From an uncultured Acidobacteriota bacterium (GTDB taxonomy: Bacteria; Acidobacteriota; Thermoanaerobaculia; Multivoradales; UBA5704): a stretch of DNA of 64,000 bases. The position numbers and the translations under genes are program-made. The stretch is from positions 1,748,240 to 1,812,239 of the forward strand of contig CAVWLA010000003.1 in the NCBI GenBank assembly GCA_963755825.1. Reading direction: 5' to 3'. The notes beneath the pieces were generated by a model. The model ran no database searches and was not told where the DNA came from. It saw only the letters and a program-made list of their open reading frames with translations. Shown here one piece after another: positions 53,800 to 62,768 of this stretch. The number at the start of each line of letters is the position of its first letter. Positions within the stretch are counted from its first letter, which is position 1.

Positions 53800-55796
53800 G
53801 CACGCCGAGCCACCGACCGCCGATCTCCATCTTCCAGAAACCGATCTGGATGCTCCTTCTGGTCGCCGGCGCCCTGCCGATGGCCGCCGGCGCCCTGCAG
53901 CCTGCGACGGCCGAGGCACTGGCGCCTGTGCGCTGGACGGCGCTAGGTCCCAACGGCGGCACCGTCCTCTCCCTCGCCGTCGCCCCCGGCGCAACGCCCG
54001 CGGTCTATGCCGCGACCGCCTCGGGAGTCGACGAGAGCGCCGACGGCGGCAGCAGCTGGCGGCACCTCGATGGCGGCCTGGGTGGACGCTACGTGGCGGT
54101 CCTCGCGGTCGATCCGAGCGACGCCCGCATCCTTTACGCAGGCACCGGCGGCAGCGGCCTCTGGAAGAGCGAGGACGGCGGCGCCACCTGGCGGCCGCGG
54201 CCGATCGCTCCCGGCGTCGCCGACATACGGGCCCTGACGGTCGACGCGCGAAATCCGCAGACCGTCTTCGCCGCCGCGACGGCGACCTTCCCGCCGTCGG
54301 TCGGCGGCCTCTTCAAGAGCACCGACCGCGGCGACACCTGGCACGACGTGGCAGGGAGCAGCCCGTGGCGCGGCTCGGTGAGCAGCATCGCCGTCGACCC
54401 GGCCAGCTCTTCGATCGTCTATGCCGCGGCCTTCGGCGTCCTGCGCAGCAGCGATGGCGGCGAGACCTGGACCGCTCTGCCTGGCGCGCCGAATTTCGCC
54501 CTGCAGGTCGTGCTCGATCCGCGGCGGCCGGGGACGATCCTCGTCGGCTCGACCTCCGGCCTCGAGATCTCCGCCGGCAACGCCTTCGCCCGCAGCACCG
54601 ACGGCGGCGCCACCTGGGCCTCCATCACCCCTCCAGGGTCCACCGCCATCATCGGCCTGCCGCTGGCGCTCGCCGCCGACGGCACGCTCTACACCGCCGG
54701 TTTCCGCAGCGCCGACGACGGCGCCACCTGGACGCCGACCGCGCCGCTCGCGGCGCGGACGACGGCGATCGCCACCGCTCCCGACGCCCCGGGCACGCTC
54801 TACGCCGCGAGCGTCGACCGCGGCGTCTTCCGCAGCGGCGACGGCGCCCGCTCGTGGCAGGGCGCCAGCCGCGGCCTCCGCGCCGCCGGCATCGGCGCGG
54901 TCGCCGCCGTGGCGGCGGGGCGCGCGGCGGCCGACCTCTACGTCGAGGTCCCTCTCGTCGGTCTGCTCCGCGAGCACCGCTCGACCGCCGCCGCCTGGGT
55001 GCCGCTCCTCGCGTTCGATAGGCCGTCCTTCATCGCCGCCGCTCCCGGCCGCCCGTCGACGCTCTACACCTCGAGCTTCGACGACGACACCGGCAGCCGG
55101 CTGCTGCGGAGCGCCGACGGCGGCGCCACCTGGAGGTCCCTGCCGGTGCCGGAGAGCTGCGCCATCCTGGCGCCGGTCACGATCGACCCGCGCTCGCCAG
55201 CGACCCTCTATCTCGGCGGCACAGGGTCCACCAACATCTGCGACTCCGAGCAGCGCTTCGGCTTCAAGAGCGTCGACGCGGGGAAGACCTGGACGCCGCT
55301 GGCCGGCCTCCACGATCCCATCGCCTACGCCATCGATCCGCGGCGCCCGGCGAGCCTCTACGCCATCGACAGCTGGAACGGCATCCTCTCCTCGCGCGAC
55401 GGGGGAGCGAGCTGGTCGCCCGCGACGCAGGGCTTCAGCGGTACGCCCGTGCGCCTCGCGGTCGACCCCACCAACTTCGCCGTGCTCTACGTGGCGGCGG
55501 ACAGCGGCCTCTTCGTCTCGACCGACCGGGCGCGCCATTGGCGCCTGGTCAGCACATTCGTCGCCGACGCCAGCGCCCTCCTCGTCGATCCGCGCTCGCC
55601 GGCGACGCTCTATGCCGGCATCGTCGGCCGCGGCGTCTTCCGCAGCCTCGACCGCGGGCGCACCTGGACGAGCCTCAACGTGGCCGGCGCCGCGGCGCAG
55701 TTCTCCGGCGCCCTGACGCTCGATCCCGTCCAGGCCGGCGTGCTCTACGCCGGCACCGCGAGCGGCCTCTTCCGCATCGACGCCGGCACGCCGTAG
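53796..55796 (+). CDS. secreted or anchored BNR/Asp-box repeat beta-propeller protein (Ycf48/sialidase-like)
   Basis: 666 aa. The start overlaps the purK stop (ATGA). N-terminal hydrophobic segment. About 12 SxDxGxTW-type Asp boxes (SADGGSSW, SEDGGATW, STDRGDTW, SSDGGETW, STDGGATW, SADDGATW and others). Confidence 0.8.
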   Translation: MSTPSHRPPISIFQKPIWMLLLVAGALPMAAGALQPATAEALAPVRWTALGPNGGTVLSLAVAPGATPAVYAATASGVDESADGGSSWRHLDGGLGGRYVAVLAVDPSDARILYAGTGGSGLWKSEDGGATWRPRPIAPGVADIRALTVDARNPQTVFAAATATFPPSVGGLFKSTDRGDTWHDVAGSSPWRGSVSSIAVDPASSSIVYAAAFGVLRSSDGGETWTALPGAPNFALQVVLDPRRPGTILVGSTSGLEISAGNAFARSTDGGATWASITPPGSTAIIGLPLALAADGTLYTAGFRSADDGATWTPTAPLAARTTAIATAPDAPGTLYAASVDRGVFRSGDGARSWQGASRGLRAAGIGAVAAVAAGRAAADLYVEVPLVGLLREHRSTAAAWVPLLAFDRPSFIAAAPGRPSTLYTSSFDDDTGSRLLRSADGGATWRSLPVPESCAILAPVTIDPRSPATLYLGGTGSTNICDSEQRFGFKSVDAGKTWTPLAGLHDPIAYAIDPRRPASLYAIDSWNGILSSRDGGASWSPATQGFSGTPVRLAVDPTNFAVLYVAADSGLFVSTDRARHWRLVSTFVADASALLVDPRSPATLYAGIVGRGVFRSLDRGRTWTSLNVAGAAAQFSGALTLDPVQAGVLYAGTASGLFRIDAGTP

Positions 55797-55810
55797 GGAG
55801 CCCGCCCGCC

Positions 55811-56872
55811 ATGTGGATGATCTACGGCGCCAACGGCTACACCGGCGAGCTCGCCGCGCGGGAGGCGGCGCGGCGCGGCCTGCGGCCGCTCCTCGCCGGC
55901 CGCAACGCCGCGGCGCTCGCGGCGCTGGCGGGCGAGCTGGGGCTGGAGAGCCGTGTGTTCGGGCTCGGCGATTCGGCGGCGATTCGCGGCGGGCTCGAGG
56001 GGGTCGCCGCCGTCCTCCACTGCGCCGGCCCGTTCGTCCGCACCAGCGCGCCGCTGGTCGCCGCCTGCCTCGCGGCGGGCGTCCACTACCTCGACATCAC
56101 CGGCGAGATCGCGGTCTTCGAGACCATCCTGGCGCGGCGGAGCGAGGCCGAGCGCGCCGGCGTCGCGCTGCTGCCGGGCGTCGGCTTCGACGTCGTCCCC
56201 AGCGACTGCCTGGCGGCGCGGCTGGGCGAGGCGCTCCCCGACGCCACCGAGCTCGTCCTCGCCTTCGGCTCCGACCGCGGCGGCTACAGCCGCGGCACGC
56301 TGAAGACGATGATCGAGAGCCTGCCCCACCTGGGCGCCGTGCGGCGCGGCGGCCGCATCGTGCCGGTGCCGGCCGGCTATGCGACGCGCGAGATCGACTT
56401 CGGCGGCGGGCTTGGGTCACGCTGGACGATGACCATCCCCTGGGGCGACGTGGCGACGGCGTTCCACACCACCGGGATCCCCGACATCCGCGTCTACACC
56501 GCGGCATCGCCCAGGTCGGTGCGGCGGCTCCGCCGCCTGGCGCGCCTGGCGCCGCTGGCGGCGATCGGCCCCGTCAAGCGCTGGCTGCAGCGCCGCGTCG
56601 ACCGCCGGGCGCCCGGCCCGTCGGCGGAGGACCGCGCCGTCGCCCGCACCTATCTCTGGGGGGAGGCGAGGAACGCCGCCGGCGACACGGTGACGGCGCG
56701 CATCGAGACGCCCGAGGCCTACGCCTTCACCGCCGTCTCCGCGGTGGAGGCGGCCGTCCGCGCCGAGAGCGGCGCCGTCGCGCCCGGCGCCTGGACCCCC
56801 GCCCGCGCCTTCGGCACCCGCTTCGTCGACGGCCTGCCGGGCGTCACGGCGAGCCCGGTCGAGCGCGCCTGA
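55811..56872 (+). CDS. saccharopine dehydrogenase NADP-binding domain protein
   Basis: ATG at 55811 is in frame with track ORF 55538..56872. N-terminal Rossmann IYGANGYTGELAAREA. HYLDITGE motif. Confidence 0.8.
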   Translation: MWMIYGANGYTGELAAREAARRGLRPLLAGRNAAALAALAGELGLESRVFGLGDSAAIRGGLEGVAAVLHCAGPFVRTSAPLVAACLAAGVHYLDITGEIAVFETILARRSEAERAGVALLPGVGFDVVPSDCLAARLGEALPDATELVLAFGSDRGGYSRGTLKTMIESLPHLGAVRRGGRIVPVPAGYATREIDFGGGLGSRWTMTIPWGDVATAFHTTGIPDIRVYTAASPRSVRRLRRLARLAPLAAIGPVKRWLQRRVDRRAPGPSAEDRAVARTYLWGEARNAAGDTVTARIETPEAYAFTAVSAVEAAVRAESGAVAPGAWTPARAFGTRFVDGLPGVTASPVERA

Positions 56873-56890
56873 CGCTCCGCCAGGTCCGAA

Positions 56891-57370
56891 TCAGCTCGTC
56901 GCCTTCTTGAGCAGCGCGATCTGGCCGGCGTGGTAGGCGTCGTGCTGAGCGAGGCCGTGGAGCATGACGTAGGCGTCGTAGCCCTTGCCGGGGACGGCTT
57001 CGGCGAGCTTCGCCTCCGGCAGCGCGGCGAGCTGCCGGCTGAGCTCCCGATGGGCGTCCTCCAGCCGCGAGACCGCCTGGTGCCAGGCGTCCTCCGTCGC
57101 GTCTCCCGCTGTGCTTCCGATGCCCGGCCAGTCGGCGGAGCCCTCGGCGACCGTCACCGGCGCGGCCGAGTCCAGCCGGCGGCCGACCGTCTCGGCCCAG
57201 AAGGTCAGGTGGAGGACGATCTCCCAGATGCTGTGCGCCGACGGCAGCGGCTTCGCCGCCGCCTGCGCCGCGGTGACGTCGGTGAGCGCATCGGTGAGCG
57301 ACGGCCCGTGCCACGTCTCGCCGTAGAGCGCCCGCTGCAGCTCGTCGGTGATGCGCTCGATCTCGTTCAT
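56891..57370 (-). CDS. DinB family protein
   Basis: ATG at 57370 is in frame with track ORF 56891..58648. Four-helix DinB pattern with His residues at SIWEIVLHLTFW and LHGLAQHDAYHAGQI. Confidence 0.85.
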   Translation of the reverse strand: MNEIERITDELQRALYGETWHGPSLTDALTDVTAAQAAAKPLPSAHSIWEIVLHLTFWAETVGRRLDSAAPVTVAEGSADWPGIGSTAGDATEDAWHQAVSRLEDAHRELSRQLAALPEAKLAEAVPGKGYDAYVMLHGLAQHDAYHAGQIALLKKATS

Positions 57371-57416
57371 GGGCGGCAGGATACCCCGGCCGCCCGGCGA
57401 CGGGTGGCGCGGCGCG

Positions 57417-57701
57417 TCAGAGGAGCACCGCGACGACGCGGGCGCCGCACCAGAGGAGGCCGACGACGACGAGGAGCGGCAGCAGCGCGGCGCCGACGGC
57501 GAGGAGGGCCGGCGCCAGCACGCAAAGGGCGACGAGCGCCACGATCGGCAGCAACACCAGCTTGAGCAGGGCGCCGAGCAGCGCGAACGGTAAGAGGACG
57601 GCGCGGCAGGCGAGCTTGGCGATGCCGGCGACGAGGGCGACCAGGACGAAGAGCCCGGCGACCCCGGCGGCGACGACCAGCAGTCCGAAGAGCACGAGCA
57701 T
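57417..57701 (-). CDS. small hydrophobic membrane protein (94 aa)
   Basis: Almost entirely L/V/A/G. This requires T at second codon positions, which is unusual for random frames in this GC-rich DNA. GGAGGAGG lies upstream, inside a GGAGGTACCTCC palindrome. Confidence 0.5.
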   Translation of the reverse strand: MLVLFGLLVVAAGVAGLFVLVALVAGIAKLACRAVLLPFALLGALLKLVLLPIVALVALCVLAPALLAVGAALLPLLVVVGLLWCGARVVAVLL

Positions 57702-57761
57702 CGAGGGAGGTACCTCCTCCCCTGCTCTACGAAGCCCGCGCCGCCGGGTTTCGCGCTCCGT

Positions 57762-60251
57762 CTAGTAATTGGCGAAGGCGAGGGCGAGGAGCGCCTTCTG
57801 CTCCATGCCGTGCGCCTTGGCCGAGCCGGTCGCCGGGCTGCCGGAGGCCGAGCGCTTGATGGTGCGCACCGGCCGGCGGCCGGCCACCCGCTGGATGCTC
57901 GGCAGGACGGAGAAGAGCGCCCCCATGTTCGCCGGCTCCTCCTGCACCCAGACGATGTCGCGCGCCGCCGGGTGGCGCTCGAGGATCTCCGCCAGCTCGC
58001 GCTCGGGGAACGGGTAGAGCTGATCGAGAAAGACGATCGCCGTCGTGGTGTTGCCCAGCCGCTCGCGCTCGCGCCGCAGCTCGTGGCCGATCTTGCCGCT
58101 GCAGAGGAGGACGCGGGCGGCGTCCGCCACCTCGGCGTCGGGGACGACGTCGAGGAACCGCTCGCGCGAGAGGTCGGCGAGCGGCGACGACGAGTCCTTG
58201 TGGCGCAGCATGCTCTTCGGCGTGAAGACGACGAGCGGCTTCCTCCACGGCCGCAGCGCCTGGCGCCGCAGCAGATGGAAGTACTGCGCCGCGGTCGACG
58301 GCTGGCAGACCTGGATGTTGTCCTCGGCGGCGAGCTGCAGGTAGCGCTCCATGCGCGCGCTCGAGTGCTCGGCCCCCTGCCCCTCGTAGCCGTGCGGCAG
58401 CAGCATGACGAGCCCGGAGAGGAGCCCCCACTTGTCCTCGCCGGCGGTGATGAACTGGTCGATGATGACCTGGGCGCCGTTGGCGAAGTCACCGAACTGC
58501 GCCTCCCAGAGGACCAGCGTCTCCGGGTAGTCGCGGCTGTAGCCGTATTCGAAGCCCAGCACCGCCGCCTCCGAGAGCATCGAATCGTAGATCTCGAAGC
58601 GCGGCTGGTCGGCCGCGACGTGCTGCAGCGGCAGGTACTCCTCGCCATTCTCGACGTCGATCAAGACCGAGTGGCGCTGGTTGAAGGTGCCGCGGCGGCT
58701 GTCCTGGCCGCTGAAGCGGATCGGCGTGCCGGCGGCGAGGAGCGAGGCGAAGGCGAGCGCCTCGGACATGCCGTAGTCGACCGCCAGCTCGCCGCGGCTC
58801 ATCTTGGCGCGCTGCTCGAGCAGGCGATTGATTTTCTCGTGGACGTGGAAGCCCGCGGGCGCCGTCGTCAGCACTTGGCCCAGCCGCCCGAGCTCCGCCG
58901 CCTCGACGCCGGTCGGCACCTCGTACTCCGGCTTGTGGCGGCCGCCAACATAGCGGTCCCAGTAGGCGGGGAGAGTGCGCAGAGTCGGCTTGCGCTCGAC
59001 CTCGCCCGCCTGCCGCTGCGCCTCGTCGAGCTCGGCGCGGAGCGCCGCCGCCTTCGCCTCGGATTCGGCCTCGGGGATGCCCAGCTGGCGGGCGTAGACC
59101 TTCCACAGCGGCGGATGCGCCGCGATCTTCTTGTAGAGCAGCGGCTGGGTGATGGTCGGATCGTCGACCTCGCTGTGGCCGTGCCGGCGGTAGCCGATCA
59201 GGTCGACCACCACGTCCTCGCCGAAGGCGTAGCGGTACTCGATGGCGAGCGCCGCGACGCGGAGGACGGCGCGGGCGTCCTCGCTGTTGACGTGGAAGAT
59301 CGGGATGGGGAGGCGGCGCGCCACGTCCGAGGCGAAGCGGGACGACTGGAACGACCGCGGCTCGGTGGTGAAGCCGATCAGGTTGTTGACGATGACGTGC
59401 ACGGTGCCGCCGACGTCGAAGCCGGCGAGCGCCGAGAGGTTGAGCGTCTCGGCGAGGATTCCCTGGCCGGCGAAGGCGGCGTCGCCGTGGAGGAGGATCG
59501 GCACCACCTTCTGCCCGCGCGCGTCGCCGGAGCGCACCTGCTTGGCGCGGGCGCGCCCCTCGGCGATGGCGTCGACCGCCTCGAGGTGGCTGGGGTTGGA
59601 GACCAGGTGGATGAAGAGCTCGCGGCCGCCGGAGCCGTGGAAGGTGCCGGTCGCCCCCATGTGGTACTTGACGTCGCCGCCGCCGAGGATGCTCCGCGGA
59701 TCGACGTCCTCGAAGCCGGCGAGGAGCTCGTAGGCCGGCCGGCCGACGGTGTGGAGCATGACGTTCAGGCGGCCGCGATGGCTCATGCCGAGGACCACCT
59801 GGTCGCCGTCGTGCGCCGCGATCGACTCCAGCATCTCCGAGAGCAGCGGGATGAGCGCCGCGACGCCCTCGATCGAGAAGCGCTTGGTGCCCAGGTAGCG
59901 GGCCTGGAGGACCTGCTCGAAGGTCTCCGCCGCGAGCACCTCGTCGAGCGCCCGCGCCAGGCGCCCGCCGTCGACCGCCGCCTCGTTCTCCATCCGCTCG
60001 GCGACCCAGCGCCGGCGCTCGGGATCGGCGATGTGCATGAACTCGACGCCGATCGCCCCGGCGTAGACCCGGCGGAGCGCCGCGACCGCCGGCAGGGTGA
60101 GGTCGCCCAGCGCCGGGTGCTGCTCCGGCCGCAGCCGATCGAGCGGATCGAGATCTGCCGCCAGGTAGCCCCAGCGACGGAAGGCGTCGACCGTCTGGGG
60201 ATCGGGAGTCGGGGGGGCGACGGCGCTCTGCTGCGGTTCGGCGATGGCCAT
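57762..60251 (-). CDS. sucA: 2-oxoglutarate dehydrogenase E1 component
   Basis: 829 aa. ThDP-dependent OGDH motifs (MSHRGRLNVM, HGDAAFAGQG, GYRRHGHSEVDDP, GQDSRRGTF, EAQFGDFANGAQ). Confidence 0.9.
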   Translation of the reverse strand: MAIAEPQQSAVAPPTPDPQTVDAFRRWGYLAADLDPLDRLRPEQHPALGDLTLPAVAALRRVYAGAIGVEFMHIADPERRRWVAERMENEAAVDGGRLARALDEVLAAETFEQVLQARYLGTKRFSIEGVAALIPLLSEMLESIAAHDGDQVVLGMSHRGRLNVMLHTVGRPAYELLAGFEDVDPRSILGGGDVKYHMGATGTFHGSGGRELFIHLVSNPSHLEAVDAIAEGRARAKQVRSGDARGQKVVPILLHGDAAFAGQGILAETLNLSALAGFDVGGTVHVIVNNLIGFTTEPRSFQSSRFASDVARRLPIPIFHVNSEDARAVLRVAALAIEYRYAFGEDVVVDLIGYRRHGHSEVDDPTITQPLLYKKIAAHPPLWKVYARQLGIPEAESEAKAAALRAELDEAQRQAGEVERKPTLRTLPAYWDRYVGGRHKPEYEVPTGVEAAELGRLGQVLTTAPAGFHVHEKINRLLEQRAKMSRGELAVDYGMSEALAFASLLAAGTPIRFSGQDSRRGTFNQRHSVLIDVENGEEYLPLQHVAADQPRFEIYDSMLSEAAVLGFEYGYSRDYPETLVLWEAQFGDFANGAQVIIDQFITAGEDKWGLLSGLVMLLPHGYEGQGAEHSSARMERYLQLAAEDNIQVCQPSTAAQYFHLLRRQALRPWRKPLVVFTPKSMLRHKDSSSPLADLSRERFLDVVPDAEVADAARVLLCSGKIGHELRRERERLGNTTTAIVFLDQLYPFPERELAEILERHPAARDIVWVQEEPANMGALFSVLPSIQRVAGRRPVRTIKRSASGSPATGSAKAHGMEQKALLALAFANY

Positions 60252-60343
60252 GGCGGAGGAAGGATATCGCGTCCGCCGAGGGCCGGTGCCCGGCAGGCCC
60301 GCGAGCCCAACGATCCCAACACCCGGCGAGTTACGATGCGGCC

Positions 60344-60691
60344 GTGTTCGCCGAGTTTCACGAGCCCGACCTCGCCGACCGCCTGCGCGCCGCCGCCGCC
60401 TGGCCGCTCGCCGCCTTCCTCTTCGCCCAGATCTGCGACAGCGTCTATCCGCTCCTCGCGATCGTGCCGCACTGGCTCCTCCAGGCGGTCCGCCTCGGCC
60501 TCCTGGCGGGCCTCGTCGGCGGCGGCACCGGCGGTCTCTTCGCGCTCCGCGAATGGCTCGAAGCCCTCGGCAAGAAGGGCGCCGAGGCCGGCAGCGAGGC
60601 CGCTTCGCGCCCGCCCTTCGGCTTTCCCGTCGCCGGCTGGCTCGGCGGCCTCATCGGCGGCCTCATCGCCTGCGCCTGGACGCTCAAGTAA
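60344..60691 (+). CDS. small membrane protein with Gly-zipper C-terminus
   Basis: 115 aa. Hydrophobic segments. C-terminal GWLGGLIGGLIACAW. No family recognised. Confidence 0.45.
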   Translation: MFAEFHEPDLADRLRAAAAWPLAAFLFAQICDSVYPLLAIVPHWLLQAVRLGLLAGLVGGGTGGLFALREWLEALGKKGAEAGSEAASRPPFGFPVAGWLGGLIGGLIACAWTLK

Positions 60692-60733
60692 CCTCCGTGC
60701 GATACTCCCGCCGCCAATTCTCGGGAGCTGTCG

Positions 60734-61159
60734 ATGGTCTCATCACACCTCTGGGGCAGCCTCTTCCTCGCCATGGGCGCCGCCGTCCTCGCCTACGGCG
60801 CCAGCCTCTTCGTCGCCAAGCTGCGCTTCGTGCGGCACGCCGTGCCGGCGACTGGGATGGTGGTGCGCCGCGAGGCGGAGCCGAACGCCCGCTCCTGGCG
60901 CCCCGCCTGCTACTTCCCGGTGGTCGCCTTCGACACCGCCGAGGGCCGGCAGGTCGTCTTCCGCTCGCCCGAGATCCTGCGCGACCGCGCCTGCCGGGTG
61001 GGGACGGAGCTCGAAGTCCTCTACGACGGTGCCCGACCGGAGCGCGCGCGGATCGCCGCCGGCAGGTGGTACGACGTCTTCATGACGCTCTATCTCGGAG
61101 CGCTGGTGAGCGCGGCCGGGGCGGTTCTCGTGATCGGCCTCACGCCGCCGAGCTGGTAG
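60734..61159 (+). CDS. DUF3592-like membrane protein
   Basis: TM, beta-rich middle (ATGMVVRRE...YFPVVAFDTAEGRQVVFRS...VGTELEVLYDGARPERA), TM. This is the topology typical of DUF3592. Confidence 0.6.
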   Translation: MVSSHLWGSLFLAMGAAVLAYGASLFVAKLRFVRHAVPATGMVVRREAEPNARSWRPACYFPVVAFDTAEGRQVVFRSPEILRDRACRVGTELEVLYDGARPERARIAAGRWYDVFMTLYLGALVSAAGAVLVIGLTPPSW

Positions 61160-61205
61160 CGGCTCGCGCCGATCGCGCAGCCCTGCACGTCGGCGGGCCG
61201 TTGCC

Positions 61206-61394
61206 TCAGAGGCCGTTGACCAGCGAGCCGAGCAGCAGGAGGACGCCGGCGAGCACCAGCATCCAGACCCCCAGGCGATCCGGGAGCGAGAGCGCGCCGA
61301 GGGCGTTGAGCAGCCCGACCAGCCAGAGGATGCCCGCCAGGAGGACGGTGCCCCGCCGCGGCGCCTGCGTGTGAAACCCACGGTTCCTCGCCAT
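61206..61394 (-). CDS. small two-TM membrane protein (62 aa)
   Basis: Basic N-terminus followed by two hydrophobic helices. Weak evidence only. Confidence 0.4.
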   Translation of the reverse strand: MARNRGFHTQAPRRGTVLLAGILWLVGLLNALGALSLPDRLGVWMLVLAGVLLLLGSLVNGL

Positions 61395-61529
61395 GCAGAA
61401 CCTCCAATTCTCGATGCCGGATCGGCGAGCGGACGATATCAGACCGCGCCACGAGGGCTGTCCGCTCTGATCTCGTTTCCGAGCCTTCCCACGGCCGGCG
61501 GCGATCTCCCCGTGGCCCGCGTCGCCAGG

Positions 61530-62167
61530 ATGCCGCGGATCGCCGGCGGCCCGGTCGAGCGGCCGCTCGCCGACCTGCCATGGTCCGCGCTGGCGCCGCT
61601 CCCCCGTTCCGGCTCGCCGACGGCAGCGCCGACGCGGCGCAGCAGACCGCCGTGCGGCTCGGCTGGGACGACGATGCCCTCTACGTGCGCTTCGACTGCG
61701 CCGACCGCGACGCCTGGGGGACCTACACGCGGCGCGACGAGCCGCTCTACGAGGAGGAGGTGGTGGAGCTCTTCCTGGCGTCCGGCGAGGCGGCGCCGGC
61801 CCTCTACTACGAGCTCGAGGTGAGCCCGCTGGGGACGCTCTTCGACGCCCGCATCGACAACCCGGACGGCCGCCGCGACACGCTGCGCGCGACGACCGCC
61901 TGGGACTGCCCGGGCCTCCGCTGGGAGGCCGGCGCGGCCGCTGCCGCGACCGGGGAGGACTGGTGGGCGGCGCTCCGCATCCCCTGGAGCGCCGTCGCCC
62001 CGCCGGGGCCGCCGCCGCCCGTCTGGCGCGCCAACTTCTTCCGCGTCGAGCGGCCGCGGGACGGCACGCCGCCCGAGTGGAGCGCCTGGTCGCCGACGCT
62101 CGCGACGCCGCCGAACTTCCATCTGCCGGACCGCTTCGGCTTGCTGCGACTGGTCGACGGGCGCTGA
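61530..62167 (+). pseudogene. carbohydrate-binding family 9 / DOMON-like protein, reading frame broken at a C5 run
   Basis: The N-terminal part (MPRIAGGPVERPLADLPWSALAPLP) is in the frame of track ORF 61371. The rest (PFRLADG...LGWDDDALYVRFDC...NFFRVERP) is in the frame of ORF 61580. The two frames join if CCCCC at 61601-61605 had one more C. This could be a sequencing error rather than a true pseudogene. Confidence 0.55.
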
Positions 62168-62192
62168 CGTCGCGCGTCGCGTCAGGCAGAGA

Positions 62193-62678
62193 TCAGCCGC
62201 GCTCGGTGCCGTCCGCGGCGGGCTCGCCGTAGAGGCTCTCGCAGATGCGCGACAGCTCGCGGCGGTCGCGGAGCGAGATCCTCGCGGCGAGCTGGCGCTG
62301 CTCCTCGTCCATCGCCGGCTGCATGCGCTCGACGAGGCTCGCCCCCGCCGCAGTGATGCGGGTGAGGGAGAGCCGGCGGTCGCGGGCGGAGCGGTCGCGC
62401 TCGACCAGGCCGCGGCGCTCGAGGCGGTCGACGAGGCGGGTCACATCGGGGGCGCGGTCGATCATCCGCCGCGCGATCTCGCAGCGCGGATGGCCCTCCG
62501 GCGCGCCGCGCAGGATGCGCAGCAGGTTGTACTGCGAGGGGGTGATCTCCCACTTCTCGCACAGCCGCTCCATGCGCTCCTGCACGTACTCCCCCGCCAC
62601 CATCAGGTTGAGCAGCGCTTCCTGCATCGGGCTCTCGAACTGTTCCTGGCGCAGGCGCCGGCGGAGCGCGTCACCCAT
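62193..62678 (-). CDS. MarR family transcriptional regulator
   Basis: ATG at 62678 follows AAGGAAAG. Winged HTH ITPSQYNLLRILRGAPEGHPRCEIARRMIDRAPDVTRLVDRLERRGLVERDRSARDRR. Confidence 0.9.
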   Translation of the reverse strand: MGDALRRRLRQEQFESPMQEALLNLMVAGEYVQERMERLCEKWEITPSQYNLLRILRGAPEGHPRCEIARRMIDRAPDVTRLVDRLERRGLVERDRSARDRRLSLTRITAAGASLVERMQPAMDEEQRQLAARISLRDRRELSRICESLYGEPAADGTERG

Positions 62679-62700
62679 GGCTTTCCTTATAGCACCAATG

Positions 62701-62712
62701 GTGTCTCGACAC
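62701..62712. promoter_or_regulatory. inverted repeat in the marR/phyH divergent region (candidate operator)
   Basis: GTGTC-TC-GACAC between the two divergent starts. Short, and therefore weak evidence. Confidence 0.3.
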
Positions 62713-62768
62713 GGATCGCGGCCCCGCCTGCCGGGTCGCATAGAATCCGGCTCGACAGGGAGGCCCGG

